Assembly: GCA_040285855.1 (NCBI GenBank)
Contig: JAUFOQ010000016.1
Span: forward strand, 1,798,001 to 1,862,000
Reading direction: 5' to 3'
Origin: Eukaryota sp. GEM-RC1
Lineage: Eukaryota
DNA length: 64,000 bases
How positions within the stretch are numbered: position 1 is the stretch's first letter; each line of letters starts with the position of its first letter. Position numbers and translations under genes: made by a program. Below, one piece after another: positions 1 to 11,253 of the stretch. Under the pieces are notes generated by a model, which ran no database searches, was not told the DNA's origin, and was given only the letters and a program-made list of their open reading frames with translations.

Positions 1-2
1 TC

Positions 3-504
3 TGTTCAGATAATGCCATTGAGCTAATTATTCTATGTCCTGGTGAAGTTTATGGCTCACACGACTACAAGAAGGTAACATGCAAGAACATTGTAGATAT
101 CATGAATGCAACGATTCCTATAACTGTTAGACGCAGTGGGGTCTCCATATGTCATGTTGATGATGTTGCTATTGCAATAGTAACAGCTATTGAGAAAGGA
201 AATCCAGGAGAGCGTTATATATTGGGTGGGGATAACCTAACATTGATTGAGTTTGCTTATCAAATTCGACAAATCGCACACAAACCATCATCTGTGATTG
301 CATTACCATATTTTATTTTGAAATTGATAATGTTCTTTTGTTCGTTAATTTTTGTTCCAAAACCAATTCCCCCCTGCTTTATTGCCATATCTAGGAAAGT
401 ACTGGTGGACTTCATCTCAAAAGGCAAAACAATATCTTGATTATCGACCACGAAGTGCAGACTTAGTTTTGACCGAAGTTATTTCTTGGCTGCAGTCTTT
501 GTAA
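3..504 (+). CDS. NAD-dependent epimerase/dehydratase (extended SDR, dihydroflavonol-reductase/HpnA-like), 5' end outside window, one frameshift
   Basis: Open frame from base 3 reads LCPGEVYG...CHVDDVA..IV.AIEKG.PGERYILGG.NLT. Removing one C from the C6 run at ~369-374 gives the family-typical tail WWTSSQKAKQYLDYRPRSADLVLTEVISWLQSL*. Confidence 0.8.
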
Positions 505-584
505 TTGATGGTCTAATTTGTAAACGCAATTACCAAATAGTATTTTAATGAGAATACACAAAGGTCTGTCTAATAAATCGAATT

Positions 585-942
585 GTTGTCAAGAGAAACA
601 AATATGATGAACCACTGACTGCTCTTAAACATATTAGACATGTTGAGTACAAATTATGTCCTTTTGCAATTTCAATTTATGGTCGACTTGGAAGAGATGC
701 TCTTTGTTTTCTCTCTGATTTTGAGAAAGTTGTCAAAAAGAATGAAAAACAAAATTGATTTCAAATTTTGGTTGAATCGTATTGTTTTTACAATATTTAA
801 AAGAATTCCTGTCATGATTTCAAAAGCTCTATTAGCTCTCAGTGTTTTTTATGAAGAAAAAGCTGATGTGAGTTTTAATGGCAATGATTGTGGCTTTAAT
901 GATATTGAGTTCTAGTATTTGTGTTTATTTTAGTGTTTTTGT
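585..942 (+). mobile_element. 5'-truncated RLE-type non-LTR retrotransposon fragment (family A)
   Basis: Closely similar to 5385-5750. Encodes CPFAISIYGRLG...FWLNRIVFTIFKRIP. Flanked by the direct repeat TCTAATAAATCGAATT (569-584 and 943-958). Confidence 0.8.
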
Positions 943-1399
943 TCTAATAAATCGAATTCAGATGTCTGATAAAAATTGAGCTTCGACGATACGAACTACA
1001 CACAGAGGAAATGGAGAAATTGACCAAACAAGTATGGACAGGTCTTGAAACAATTGAATTTCCAATCAATAGATTGTAATATATAATTGGACCGGAAAAT
1101 TGGAGAGCGATTAATTACTCAATTAATTGCTATTGTTACAGATGTTTTAACTGCTTGAAATGAATAAGAGTTACACTGTTAATGTATACAAGCAGTTGAA
1201 GAACATATCAGTTCCCATGTTCATAAATCCTTTTTTTAATCTCATGTACTTGGTGCTGGATGTAAGGAGTCCAAACTAACACCAATTTAAGGCATCTTCA
1301 ATCACACAAATCAAGAACAGATTCATTAGTAAAACAAATCTAATGAAGTCTTGTCAATTTTAATCATATAGTTATTTTTTACTTGACCTTTGAAATGGT

Positions 1400-1610
1400 G
1401 GACCTTCTGGATTTATGTCTCAAATTCCTAAGGTGTTTGGATTACATCTATCTGATGAAGCTTGGATGATCGATATGCGTCTTCGTTTGGCTATTTGGCC
1501 TGTAAATTTATTAAACTATTAAACTTGCTCTTGTGGAGCTGATGGTGTTTTTCGTCATTTAATTAATTGACGTGAGACAATTTTAAGACACAATGTCTTG
1601 AGACTGAGGA
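1400..1610 (+). mobile_element. Degenerate non-LTR retrotransposon fragment (zinc-knuckle region)
   Basis: Translates to RLRLAIWP...TCSCG...FRHLIN...ILRHNVLR, resembling the RLR..LWP...C.CG...HL..C...H.AVRD region at ~5000-5130. Boundaries approximate. Confidence 0.5.
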
Positions 1611-1743
1611 GAGTGAGGAAAAGGACGTCGTTACTGAAGATGAGAGTGAAGAAAACTTAGTTTTACAAACTTTTTAGTCTACCTTAACCACTAGCAGTAG
1701 GCATTTAGTGTTGATTTCCACTTTGATCATTTGAAGGGAGTAG

Positions 1744-3919
1744 ATGCAACGAACTCTTGACCAGTTCTTTGCATCATCTACTCGCCACAGCTCTTACACA
1801 CCAAAGAGCAAATCCAAGAAACTTTCTCCTGGAAAAAACCTACCTTCTCCTTCTTCGTTACCACGGTCATCATCTCCTCTGCAGATATTAAATCTAGATT
1901 CACCTCTCTCTTTAACAACACCTGACGAAACCTCTTACGCTTCTGTGTTTCTAGAGATAGTATCTTCGTGTAAACCCCATGTTCTACTTCCAAATGAACG
2001 ACAGATGCAGTCTTCCCTGTTGAACTCTGACTTCGTTTCCCATGCAGATGCAACAGTTCTATTTCGACTTTTCAACCGCAAAACTACGGTCTTCAGACAA
2101 AACAACATTTCCCCTCCAATTCGGGACAAAATTTTAAATGATGTGGGTATTGAGTCTTCAATTTCAAAACTAATCCGACTTGGTTTTTTTAGCACAGTTT
2201 GTCATCTATCTTTGAAGGAGATTTTAAATTTATTGGTTGTTGGGGAGTTGAAGACCTTAGCAAAAGATTGTCGGTTAAATAATAGCAATCTGACGACAAA
2301 ATCAGCATTGATTGAAGCACTTGTGGCCTGCAAAAATGTTACAATTGACCAATTTTTCAATAACAGACTTAATCTTAGAAACAATCTTGTTCTCAATAGA
2401 GCTAAAGTCATTGTTGGTCCACTTTTTAAAATTTCTGATCTCTTCTCGAGTCTGTTTGATTCATGTTGTTTAGTTTACCTTGGTTCCTTTTCGTGGGATT
2501 TATCTTTATTCACGAGACCAATTGCCTTTCACGATTATGAATCAAATAATGTATGCCTACAGATCTTTTCAACACAAAAGCAATTCTCTGAATTTAAGAA
2601 GTTGAAGCATTTGCATCATGCTATTTCTAATGTGAATTCACTGACAAATGACAATATTCGCCATTATTTAAAATATCTGGATGAATTATTGATTAAATTT
2701 GACACAGCTTCAGATGTTGATTCTACTTGTTTTTCAACTGTTCACTTCAGTTTTAAAAAAATGTACCTTAATGAAATTTTCAGATTTGCCAAAAGAGTAT
2801 CTGATGACGAAGCTCTGATGTTCAGCATTTTTGAAATTTTTCTCTTAAATTTTGCCAATTTCTCACTAATCGCACCTTTCAGAAAAATATCTACATTTAT
2901 CTGTAAATATTTAAATAGTCTTGACGGAAATGATGCATTTAAATTCATTAAGAAAATATCGCTGTATTATACTCGCCTAGACATATGCCCTCCTCATCTC
3001 TTCTATAGACTCTTCAGGATTCACACAAAATTATTGAAGAAACATCCGACCTTTTCAGAATATTTCAATTTTTCAACATTAAAGCTTTCTGTTGATTTTC
3101 CAATTCAATCGCTTCTTTCTTTCAATCCAAATGTTTTATTCATTTATGCTAAACGCCTTTCCACAAATAATTCCAGAGTTTCTTATTATCTCAATGATGA
3201 TATTGTCACCGTGGAAAGTTTGGTTTTGGAACTCATCCAACAAAATTTTCAATTATTTGGTGCCCATTCAGAGAACAAATTATTCACGTTTCTCTTCTCT
3301 CTTCTCTTCTTAGAAGATCTCTTCGATCCCTCAGTTCCTGGAACTCTTCCCTCGTCTTACTGTGATCACCCTCTTGATCTCTTCACTACGTTTTTCTATC
3401 AACGACCTTCAGTTAAAGAGAATCTTAACAGACTTAGTCTAATAGAGTTGCCGCAATTACTCCACTTAGTGAAGAGAAACTATGAGAAGCTGAAGGACCG
3501 TCACGTCATCTTTTGTAGATGGAATGATAAAGATTTTGGTCTAGTCTTTTTTATTGAAGTCTGTTGCTTCTTTGGGGGGCGCAAAATTGTCTTCAATTTT
3601 CCAATATTTTCTTACAAATCCTCTAGAAAACATGGCAGGTATGCCAGATCTCTTCTGTTACCGCCCTCAAGTGCTAAGTGAGTCCCAAATCAACAATGAT
3701 ATTGATTCTCTAATCAATCATCTCGTAACCTCCAAGTACATTCCCTTCTTTATTGAAGTGAAGAGTGAACAAGATCAGATATCTGATGAACAAGTGTCCT
3801 GGTTATGTTTTCTTAAATATTTAAATATTAGGTCTGTTGTTGTCAAAATTAAATCAGGTAATAATCGGATTCCAGAGCTTGATACTGTTAATTTTGAGTT
3901 GTTTGTCGATGGCGAGTAA
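1744..3919 (+). CDS. FAN1: Fanconi-associated nuclease 1 (SAP-like + VRR-NUC), frameshift near 3547-3570
   Basis: Motifs LFRLFNRK, SAP-like ELKTLAK...TKSALIEAL, VESLVLE, HSEN.LF, PLDL, and C-terminal GMPDL...FIEVKS..DQIS.EQ..W. ORFs 1744-3681 and 3554-3919 join at T6/G6 runs. Confidence 0.9.
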
Positions 3920-4861
3920 TAGTCACCTGACTTTTTCCTTGATTTCAGACTTAAAATAGTATTGAGTCTCGTTGGTAACATTAACTGCCAAATTTATTTG
4001 TAATTTTCCTGGTTGATATTGTTTTCATGAGTACAAATCAAAGTGTGACCTGTACACTTTGCTTCATTTTCGTTTGTTGAATGTTGACTGTTCTAGTTTT
4101 CTGGCGGTTACGTATATGTTTACTTGTTGTTCGTTCTTCTATTAGAGGGGTTTGTGATTCTTCTGGTTACGTGAGCTTTCCCACTGAAAAACTAACGTGG
4201 GCAGCTTTGTTTTCTTGTTATTTGTGTTAAATTTAAGTAGTCCATTGATAACACCTCTAAGTGTCTTGTATACACCCTAAAACATTGAATAGAACATTCC
4301 CTAATTTTAGGGGTTTGGGGATGGCGTTGTATTAGATTTTGTATGTAAGTGTACCTACCAAATTCTTTGGAGAAGTCAATGAAGCACCATTTTAAAGGTG
4401 GCACAAAATGTATGTGTTGAGTCAATTCAGGTTAATAGGATTGTCTCTTAAAAAGGGAAAGGGTTTTTCTATCGTACATATCTGTTCCATCAGTTGTAAT
4501 CAATCCACCAATTAGATGGTATTACTTAATATAAATATTTCTCTTAATGTTTAGATACCAGAGAACAAATTCAATAAATGCCTAGTATCTAAATTTTCGG
4601 ATGGATGATAATAGGTGAACAAGATTCAGTGTAATGTCTCCGATTGAAAACTCTCTGTTATTGAATCAGGAACACAATAACTTCGTAAAATTCTAACAGA
4701 TTGAAAATTGAACTAGTTTTTGAGACCTTATTAAAATATTGAAGTCTAAATAAGGCAGTATTATGGGTTTTATAAATCTACAGCCAGGTGAACTTTACTG
4801 ATGATAGTTCTCAAGAAGAGGAATAAAACGGTTGTTCATCATCAACATCATCATAAATCTT

Positions 4862-5750
4862 TGGTACAAGAGGTTGATTCAACTCCTGGTACCCACTTAG
4901 ACACAGCTGTTGACAACCTCTTTAGATACAAGAGGATATATGGTCAGATTTATGGTCTGTTGTTAAATGATCATCAATGGACCACAACATTCAGACTTCG
5001 ATGTTTCTTGTGGCCCTATAATTCACCTAATGATCTTCAAAGTAAATGTGGTAAATTAGTTACTTTTTCTCAGCTTTTGAGTTGCAGTCGTTTCATTACT
5101 TGCAGAACTTGTATTCATGGTGCTGTCAGAGATCAAATTCATGCCATGTATAAGTCCTACAAAATCGAATCTTTCGTTGAGCCACAGTTGAGATCACCGA
5201 AAATCAATAATTTAATTAATAATGATTCTGATAAGACTTCTGCTAAAAGAAAAACTGATGTCATAATTGCGTCAGTCCATGATGAACCAATGGTTGTTGA
5301 TGTGAATACTGTGGATGTTTGCAACAGAAAGTGCATTCAAGGATGCTAAAAATGAAGTTTTTCCATTCGATTTTTCAGACCAATACAAGAGAAACAAATA
5401 TGGTGCACTATTGACTTCTCTCAAACATACTAGACATGTTGAGTGAGTACAGATTATGCCCTTTGCGATTTCAAATTATGGTCGACTTGGTAAACATGCT
5501 CTTTGTTTTCTCTCTGATTTTGAGAAAGTTGTCAAAAAAAGAATGAAAAACAAAATTGATTTCAAGTGTTGGCTGAATCGTATTGTTTTTACAAAATTTA
5601 AAACAATTCCTATCACGATTTTAAAAGCTCTATTAGTTCTCAGTGTTTATTATGAAGAGAAAGCTGATGTGAGTTTTTATGGCAATGATTGTTGCTTTAA
5701 TGATATTGAGTTCTAGTATTTGTGTATATCTTAGTGTTTTTGTTCGATAA
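4862..5750 (+). mobile_element. RLE-type (CRE/R2-like) non-LTR retrotransposon 3' portion (family A), pseudogenised
   Basis: Degenerate zinc knuckle (KCG...LLSC...IHGAVRD), EP, R.TDV, VVDV.TVDVC, K..KY and PFAIS.YG.LG motifs of a restriction-like endonuclease. Shares its 3' UTR with 585-942. Confidence 0.8.
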
Positions 5751-5925
5751 ATTTTGATAAATAAAAATGGGGTGAAATCATGAATACTGTGAAATATTAG
5801 TGTCAAATGATTGAATGTATATTTGTTTTTTATCTTCACTTATTTTCATCCTATGGACAAACATTCACGTTTCTCTTGGTGTTATACCCAAAATTAACTA
5901 CTGCTATTTCTATCGATTGTAGAAA

Positions 5926-6005
5926 GGCATTGTGGCCGAGTGGTCTAAGGCGCTGTCTTAAGGCGGCAGTGGGAAACCGCGTGGGTTCGAATCCCATCAA
6001 TGTCA
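5926..6005 (+). tRNA. tRNA-Leu (anticodon AAG)
   Basis: Acceptor GGCATTG/CAATGTC with discriminator A; D arm GCCGAGTGGTCTAAGGC; anticodon stem CTGTC/GGCAG with loop TT-AAG-GC; long variable arm; T loop GGTTCGAATCC; a T run follows. Confidence 0.95.
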
Positions 6006-6207
6006 ATTTTGTATTTTATCCACTCTCATTTTCCTTCAACTCATTAATTACAACTTACTTACCAAAGGATTAGATAGTTGTTTCCAGTATATGCAGTGAC
6101 GTGTTATTTTACTAGATTATTGAAAATGTGGGTGCGAACGATCCGAGACCATAGTTTCTTGGAAACAACCAGAAGAGTATGTAGAATAACATCCCTGTAT
6201 TGAAAGA

Positions 6208-7081
6208 TAGTGTTGCACCTGGGCTCAGCCCTTTACAATTCAGCCCGCCTGTGCTAAGCCCTTTTTGTTTCAGCCCGCCCAAGCAAATCACTAGCCAGCC
6301 CAGCCCAGCCCGTAATTTCGTCAGCCCAGCTCAGCCCAGCCCCCAGCCCAAACAAGTAAACATCGATATAGTATTGTCTAACTTTTTAGCTTATGGTTAT
6401 TAAGTTCTTTATATTTGCAATCAGAATAATTAATTTATTCATAATGTCTGGTTGTAATATCAAAAATAATACACGTAAATGTATAAACTAAATTAATCTA
6501 CTCCACTTTCTTCACCATCATCAAGTTCTATTTTTAGAGACTTCATTTCTTGTAAAAATTGTTCAAACTCCACTTTCATCCAGAATCTCAAGCTCAATAA
6601 CACTCTCAAAGACTCAGTGGAGAGCTTTTTTCGACTTTAAAGAAGCAGCAGAAGCAGGAGGTGGGGTGTCATCTATTATTGTTACGATGTCTTGGCGAGA
6701 GGGCATTACAAAAAAAGCAAGATTGTCAATAGACTGAAAGAAGATGAATTAGAGTTCATGCAATCTACACTGAGGAACATCACAACAAACAAATTGATTC
6801 GTGTAATTAGTAGTTTATTCACAATAGTATCTTTTAACTATTACAATGACTGTTGGTCAATGGCATAACGATCCTTACAACATTGATACTGATTTCTACT
6901 GTTGACAAATGTTGCAATAAAAAATTAGAGTTGTAAATGGGCTAAAGGGCTGAGCCCGGTGAATTGTCAAGCCGCCCGGGCTTAAGCCACAAACTCTCAA
7001 GCCCAGTCCAATTGTACTGCAGCCCGCCAGGCTGGGCGGCTGGGCTGGGCTGGGCTGCGGGCTGAAATTGGTGCAACACTA
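6208..7081 (-). mobile_element. Non-autonomous hAT DNA transposon (874 bp)
   Basis: Perfect 12-bp TIRs TAGTGTTGCACC. 8-bp TSD TTGAAAGA (6200-6207 and 7082-7089). Dense subterminal CAGCCC/GGGCTG repeats. Minus-strand remnant KLSTESLRVLLSLRFW resembles the end of a hAT dimerisation domain. Confidence 0.9.
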
Positions 7082-7340
7082 TTGAAAGAACCAATATCCG
7101 CCAGATCCGCTGAAGTCTTCTTTCATGAGCGGCCACTAATACGCCGAAAGTAGATTACGCCACCTTGGCAATTAATGATAGCTTGAAGTAAACCTCTACA
7201 CAGAAGAAACATATGTATTTAAGAAACGTGAATGTATGTCCATCGGTTGAAAAAAAAAGCGAGGATAAAAAACAAATAGACATTCAATCATTTGAAACTA
7301 ATATAAACAGAAGTAAGAAAAGATTGGAGCGAGTTTGAGT

Positions 7341-8170
7341 CAGGGATGCCGAAAATTATATTGCAATACATATTGTTCGTTTTCAATAACGTAATAAATA
7401 TAAGGTGGTTTGCGAAAATTGCAATATTCCCATATAACTCTACAGAGATTATAAACCGTTCTACAAGGTACCATACGTAACGTTATTTGTTCCTGATAGT
7501 CAATTGATGGTGATAAAAAATGGTTGGTGGAACCAGATATTAGAAGGAAGCGGATTCTAATGAAGCAAGAATAATCTACGAACATATTACAACAACGCAA
7601 AAACAGATCACGTGTTTCAACGCCGAATCAGCATCAGTTTTTGGAAACAATTTGGATATAAAGTACGATATCAATTGACAGATTTGATGGTGTTCTGGTC
7701 TCATTAATAGCCAAAGGTTTTAAAATAGTTCTATTTACATTTTCAGGTTTATAAACATCCAATTCCTTTTTTCTGGCACCAACAAGTATCATTAATGTTG
7801 TTTGTTGTAGTTGTAAAGCAGTACGACCTCACCTTCCAAAGATTTGGGGAAAAGTGATGTTACCTTCAACGTTACCTGTAAGCAGAAGGGGGGATTCCAA
7901 TATAACCAAAGGATCATACAATATTTTTGTACTGGTGTTCTGCCATGAAATCACAAAGATTTGAGATCATCACGTCCATTTGGATCTTCGTAAGTTGGTA
8001 CATCCTCATACTCTACTACCTCTCAAAGTGTATGAAAACAAGGACCAACTTGGTCTGTGAATTAGACGAGTCCAAATATTGCAATAACATCAGTCTTGTA
8101 TTGTACTAGCTGAACAGACACGATATGTATTGCAATATATTGCACTACAATATATTTTTCGGCATCCCTG
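7341..8170. mobile_element. Non-autonomous hAT-like element (830 bp)
   Basis: TIRs CAGGGATGCCGAAAA. 8-bp TSD GTTTGAGT/GATTGAGT (one mismatch). Subterminal ATTGCAATA motifs. Confidence 0.85.
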
Positions 8171-8355
8171 GATTGAGTTGCATCATGAATCGGAAATAGC
8201 ACGAAGATGTTCAAGCTTCAGCTAATTTGACAGTCAAGTTGGATCAGGAACTTGCGATTCAAAAGCTACTATTTCTGGTTAAACTGAGACAAACTCCGAA
8301 ATCAAGAATGAGCAAATCAAAAGACTAACAGTCTGATTCTCCCTTTGATCCATAC

Positions 8356-10671
8356 ATGCTTCAACAGTTCTGTTGTCGCTCTCGAGTTGATAGTATTTGC
8401 GCCAACACTGAAGGTATTCCCAACAAAATTGATGATGTCCACAGAGATCGTGAAGACAGTCTTGGATTGAATTCTCCTCAAGCCCAGCAAAAGCTTCATC
8501 GTGATGTTCCTTCCACATTGTCACAGTACACAAAAGTCGCTAAAGTTGGTAGCGGTGCCTCTGGTGAAGTTTGGCTTTGTCTTAATGCAGAAAAACAGGA
8601 AGTTGCCATGAAGATCATCCCATTTAAGCGTAATCACGGTTGTGATCTGTTATCTAGCCAAACTTTGCGCGAAATTGCCATTCTGCGTAAACTTGAACAT
8701 CCCAACATTCTACGCTTGCTAGATTACGTTGTGGATCCTGATGCTCGAAAGATCTACATCGTCACTGAATTCTGTGATATGGGTCCATTGATCAAAGACA
8801 GTGACATTGGTTCCTATAAGCCTCTCCCTCCTGCCAAAGCACGCAAAATCTTTGGTCAAATAGTTGCCGGGCTGCACTATATCCACTCAAACGGTATTGC
8901 TCATAACGATATTAAACCATCTAATATTCTCCTCAGTCGCTCTAAAGATGCCTCGTTGCGAGTTGTTATCGCTGATTTTGGTATCTCTTCTTGTTTGGGC
9001 AGATCTGATACTTACTTTCAAGGCTCTCCTCTGTTCCTCGCTCCTGAGTATTTAAGACTAAAGCTTGGTGATGATGACTTCTCTGACGGCACTACTGCTG
9101 ATATCTATGCTCTGGGTGTTTGCCTCTATGTGCTCTGCTTTGGTCGTTCTCCGTGGGGAGACGTTATCACACGTGATGGACTTGAACAAGCTGTTTCAGA
9201 TTATGTAGCTAGAAAACGAATTCTAGAAGTTCCTGCTGGTGGAGATGAAGCTCTTGAACATCTCATCCGCTCCATGTTACACCCTGATCCCACTAAAAGA
9301 GCTACAATCAAAGAAATCCTAGCTGATCCTTGGCTTATGGCTGATACTGATTTGCCTACCTACATCAATGCTGACAATAACCGCGCTCTTTCAATTTCCC
9401 TCAGTAGAACGGACATTGACAACGCTGTAACTGTTGTCTCAAACATTGACTTCGAAACAAGAGTTGGAAGTGACACGTGGTCTGCTACTCATTTGTCTGA
9501 AGCTCAACGTAACCTACTTGTTTTCCATTCTGCCATTAATCTATTGAATCTTTGTACTAGGTTGATGGATATCGCGGGAGCTCACTGTTCACCCAATAGA
9601 ACCCGCATTACTGAACAACTTCTGTCATGGACCTCGTCATGTTGTGATGAATCCGCAGATCCCAATGATGTGTGCTTTACCAGTCTTCAATATGGACTGA
9701 CTTTTATTGAGTGGTCCAAGGCTCTTGAAGAGGACGTTTTAGCGTCAATTGATGACGTTACTGAAACAAAGAGATATGAATTCAAGATGAAGCAACTAGA
9801 TTATGTTAAGAACAAGGTACTGCCTATCTTAAAACAACGTATTCAAGAACTTGTGCTTAGATTGAAGGCATCAGAGGTCAATCCTAATCATAACATTGAT
9901 TGTGTGGGACCGTGGAGGTATTTTAAAGCAAAGAATATCTGTAATAATTTTAAAGCAGTGTTTGATGCTATTTCAAATAATCCTGATTCATCATCCAGAA
10001 TTCATTTCATTTGTAATGGACAATGCGTTCTGAAGCCAACATGTTCTTCACTGCCAGTCCACACCATTCATCTTGACGCTGGAATTTCTGATGTAGGATT
10101 TTCTGATGACTTTTCCTCATCGTCTGGTGATGAAATGGTCCTACCAAGAACTTTTACCACTGACAAGGAATTAGTTAATCCTGTCTATCTTCCCGCTGTT
10201 GCTGTTGATATCCTTCGTGATTTAATTTGTAACTCCAGAAAGTATAGTCCTCCTGGTACTGTGATTAGAGCTGCTGTCTGGAATCAGATGAGAAAGGGTC
10301 GGAATTACCTTCATATGGGGGTCAATGACGCTGGAATTGGTATGGAGGATCCTGAAGCTCTAGTTCAATTTGGAGCTAAATCAGATCAAAAACGCAGAGG
10401 TTTTGGAAGAGGCTTTGGACTTACAAAGTGTTTTGTCACTGTTACGTCGTTTTTGAATGGTTCTTTCTCAGTGACATCACTTCCAGACCGTGGTACTTGC
10501 ATTCAAATAGCTATCCCTGTACCAGAAGAAGCAAATGTCAGTATTGACACTCGTCCTCCTTGGTTTTTTGCAGGTTCTGTTCTGAATGTTGAAGAAGTTA
10601 GTCAGTTTGATGATATTGATAGCGACGTTTCATTTGACAGTGACTATAGTGATGCGGAATTGTTGTATTAG
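8356..10671 (+). CDS. CaMKK/SnAK-like Ser/Thr kinase fused to a C-terminal histidine-kinase-like (GHKL/HATPase_c) module
   Basis: Kinase motifs GSGASG, VAMK, REIAIL..LEHPNI, HNDIKPSN, DFG, APE, DIYALG. C-terminal N box (RDLICNSRKYS), G1 box (DAGIG), G2 box (GRGFGL) and GT.I.I.IP. Uninterrupted 771-aa ORF. Confidence 0.9.
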   Translation: MLQQFCCRSRVDSICANTEGIPNKIDDVHRDREDSLGLNSPQAQQKLHRDVPSTLSQYTKVAKVGSGASGEVWLCLNAEKQEVAMKIIPFKRNHGCDLLSSQTLREIAILRKLEHPNILRLLDYVVDPDARKIYIVTEFCDMGPLIKDSDIGSYKPLPPAKARKIFGQIVAGLHYIHSNGIAHNDIKPSNILLSRSKDASLRVVIADFGISSCLGRSDTYFQGSPLFLAPEYLRLKLGDDDFSDGTTADIYALGVCLYVLCFGRSPWGDVITRDGLEQAVSDYVARKRILEVPAGGDEALEHLIRSMLHPDPTKRATIKEILADPWLMADTDLPTYINADNNRALSISLSRTDIDNAVTVVSNIDFETRVGSDTWSATHLSEAQRNLLVFHSAINLLNLCTRLMDIAGAHCSPNRTRITEQLLSWTSSCCDESADPNDVCFTSLQYGLTFIEWSKALEEDVLASIDDVTETKRYEFKMKQLDYVKNKVLPILKQRIQELVLRLKASEVNPNHNIDCVGPWRYFKAKNICNNFKAVFDAISNNPDSSSRIHFICNGQCVLKPTCSSLPVHTIHLDAGISDVGFSDDFSSSSGDEMVLPRTFTTDKELVNPVYLPAVAVDILRDLICNSRKYSPPGTVIRAAVWNQMRKGRNYLHMGVNDAGIGMEDPEALVQFGAKSDQKRRGFGRGFGLTKCFVTVTSFLNGSFSVTSLPDRGTCIQIAIPVPEEANVSIDTRPPWFFAGSVLNVEEVSQFDDIDSDVSFDSDYSDAELLY

Positions 10672-11253
10672 GTTTTAGTTTTGTAAATATCATTGTTTTT
10701 AGTAATTTTTGGATTGCTGTGTTTTGTATGAGTTTGTTGAATTGGACTCTTGTTCCTTTGTCATTCTAATATACTCTGCACTCAGCTATATGCTATAATG
10801 AAACAACCTTCGTTTATTATACAACGGTCAGTATTTACCCGTATTATTAATATATTTTTAAATTTTACCCACTCATCTGAAACCTCCACAAAACAAGCCT
10901 CTTTTCAGTAGCAGGTTGTATGGAGAACCAAATTGAGAGTAATGTCATATTCTTCTGAAAAAATGGGCCAATCATTTGATTGCTTGTACTTTTGACTACA
11001 CATGATTGACTGCCATATGCCATCTCAATTTGATACCAACACTATCTTCTAGTTCAATTTCTGTAATCGAAAACGAAACTCGAGTTTCTGTTAATGGTTT
11101 TTGAAACGAATAGACAACATAACTGCTTGAATTATTCTAAGTTTAACACAGTTCAATCAGATCAGTTCAAAGCTAGTTCACACTTTTACTTTTATACCAA
11201 AATGTTTACTTAATTTAATTTACAAATCTTCACTACATACAATCAACCACGGA

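Larger units (their letters stand above)
5794..7304. repeat. ~80-bp inverted repeat pair (5794-5874 and 7222-7304) enclosing a tRNA gene and a nested hAT element
   Basis: ATATTAGTGTCAAATGATTGAATG...ACATTCACGTTTCT aligns to the reverse complement of 7222-7304 with about 8 substitutions and a 2-nt indel (counted by eye). Confidence 0.85.

Noticed and set aside
3540..3700. Tiny introns or Euplotes-style programmed frameshifts explaining split ORFs
   Set aside because: Junctions lack consistent GT..AG or AAA-stop motifs and are fixed by one-base changes in homopolymers.
5807..6073. 88-aa ORF
   Set aside because: It overlaps the tRNA-Leu gene and the inverted-repeat arm; spurious.
6208..6360. 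CRISPR-like or Pro-rich coding repeat (ORFs 6200-6403 and 6942-7136)
   Set aside because: These are irregular CAGCCC subterminal repeats of a hAT element with no repeat-spacer structure; the ORFs are by-products.
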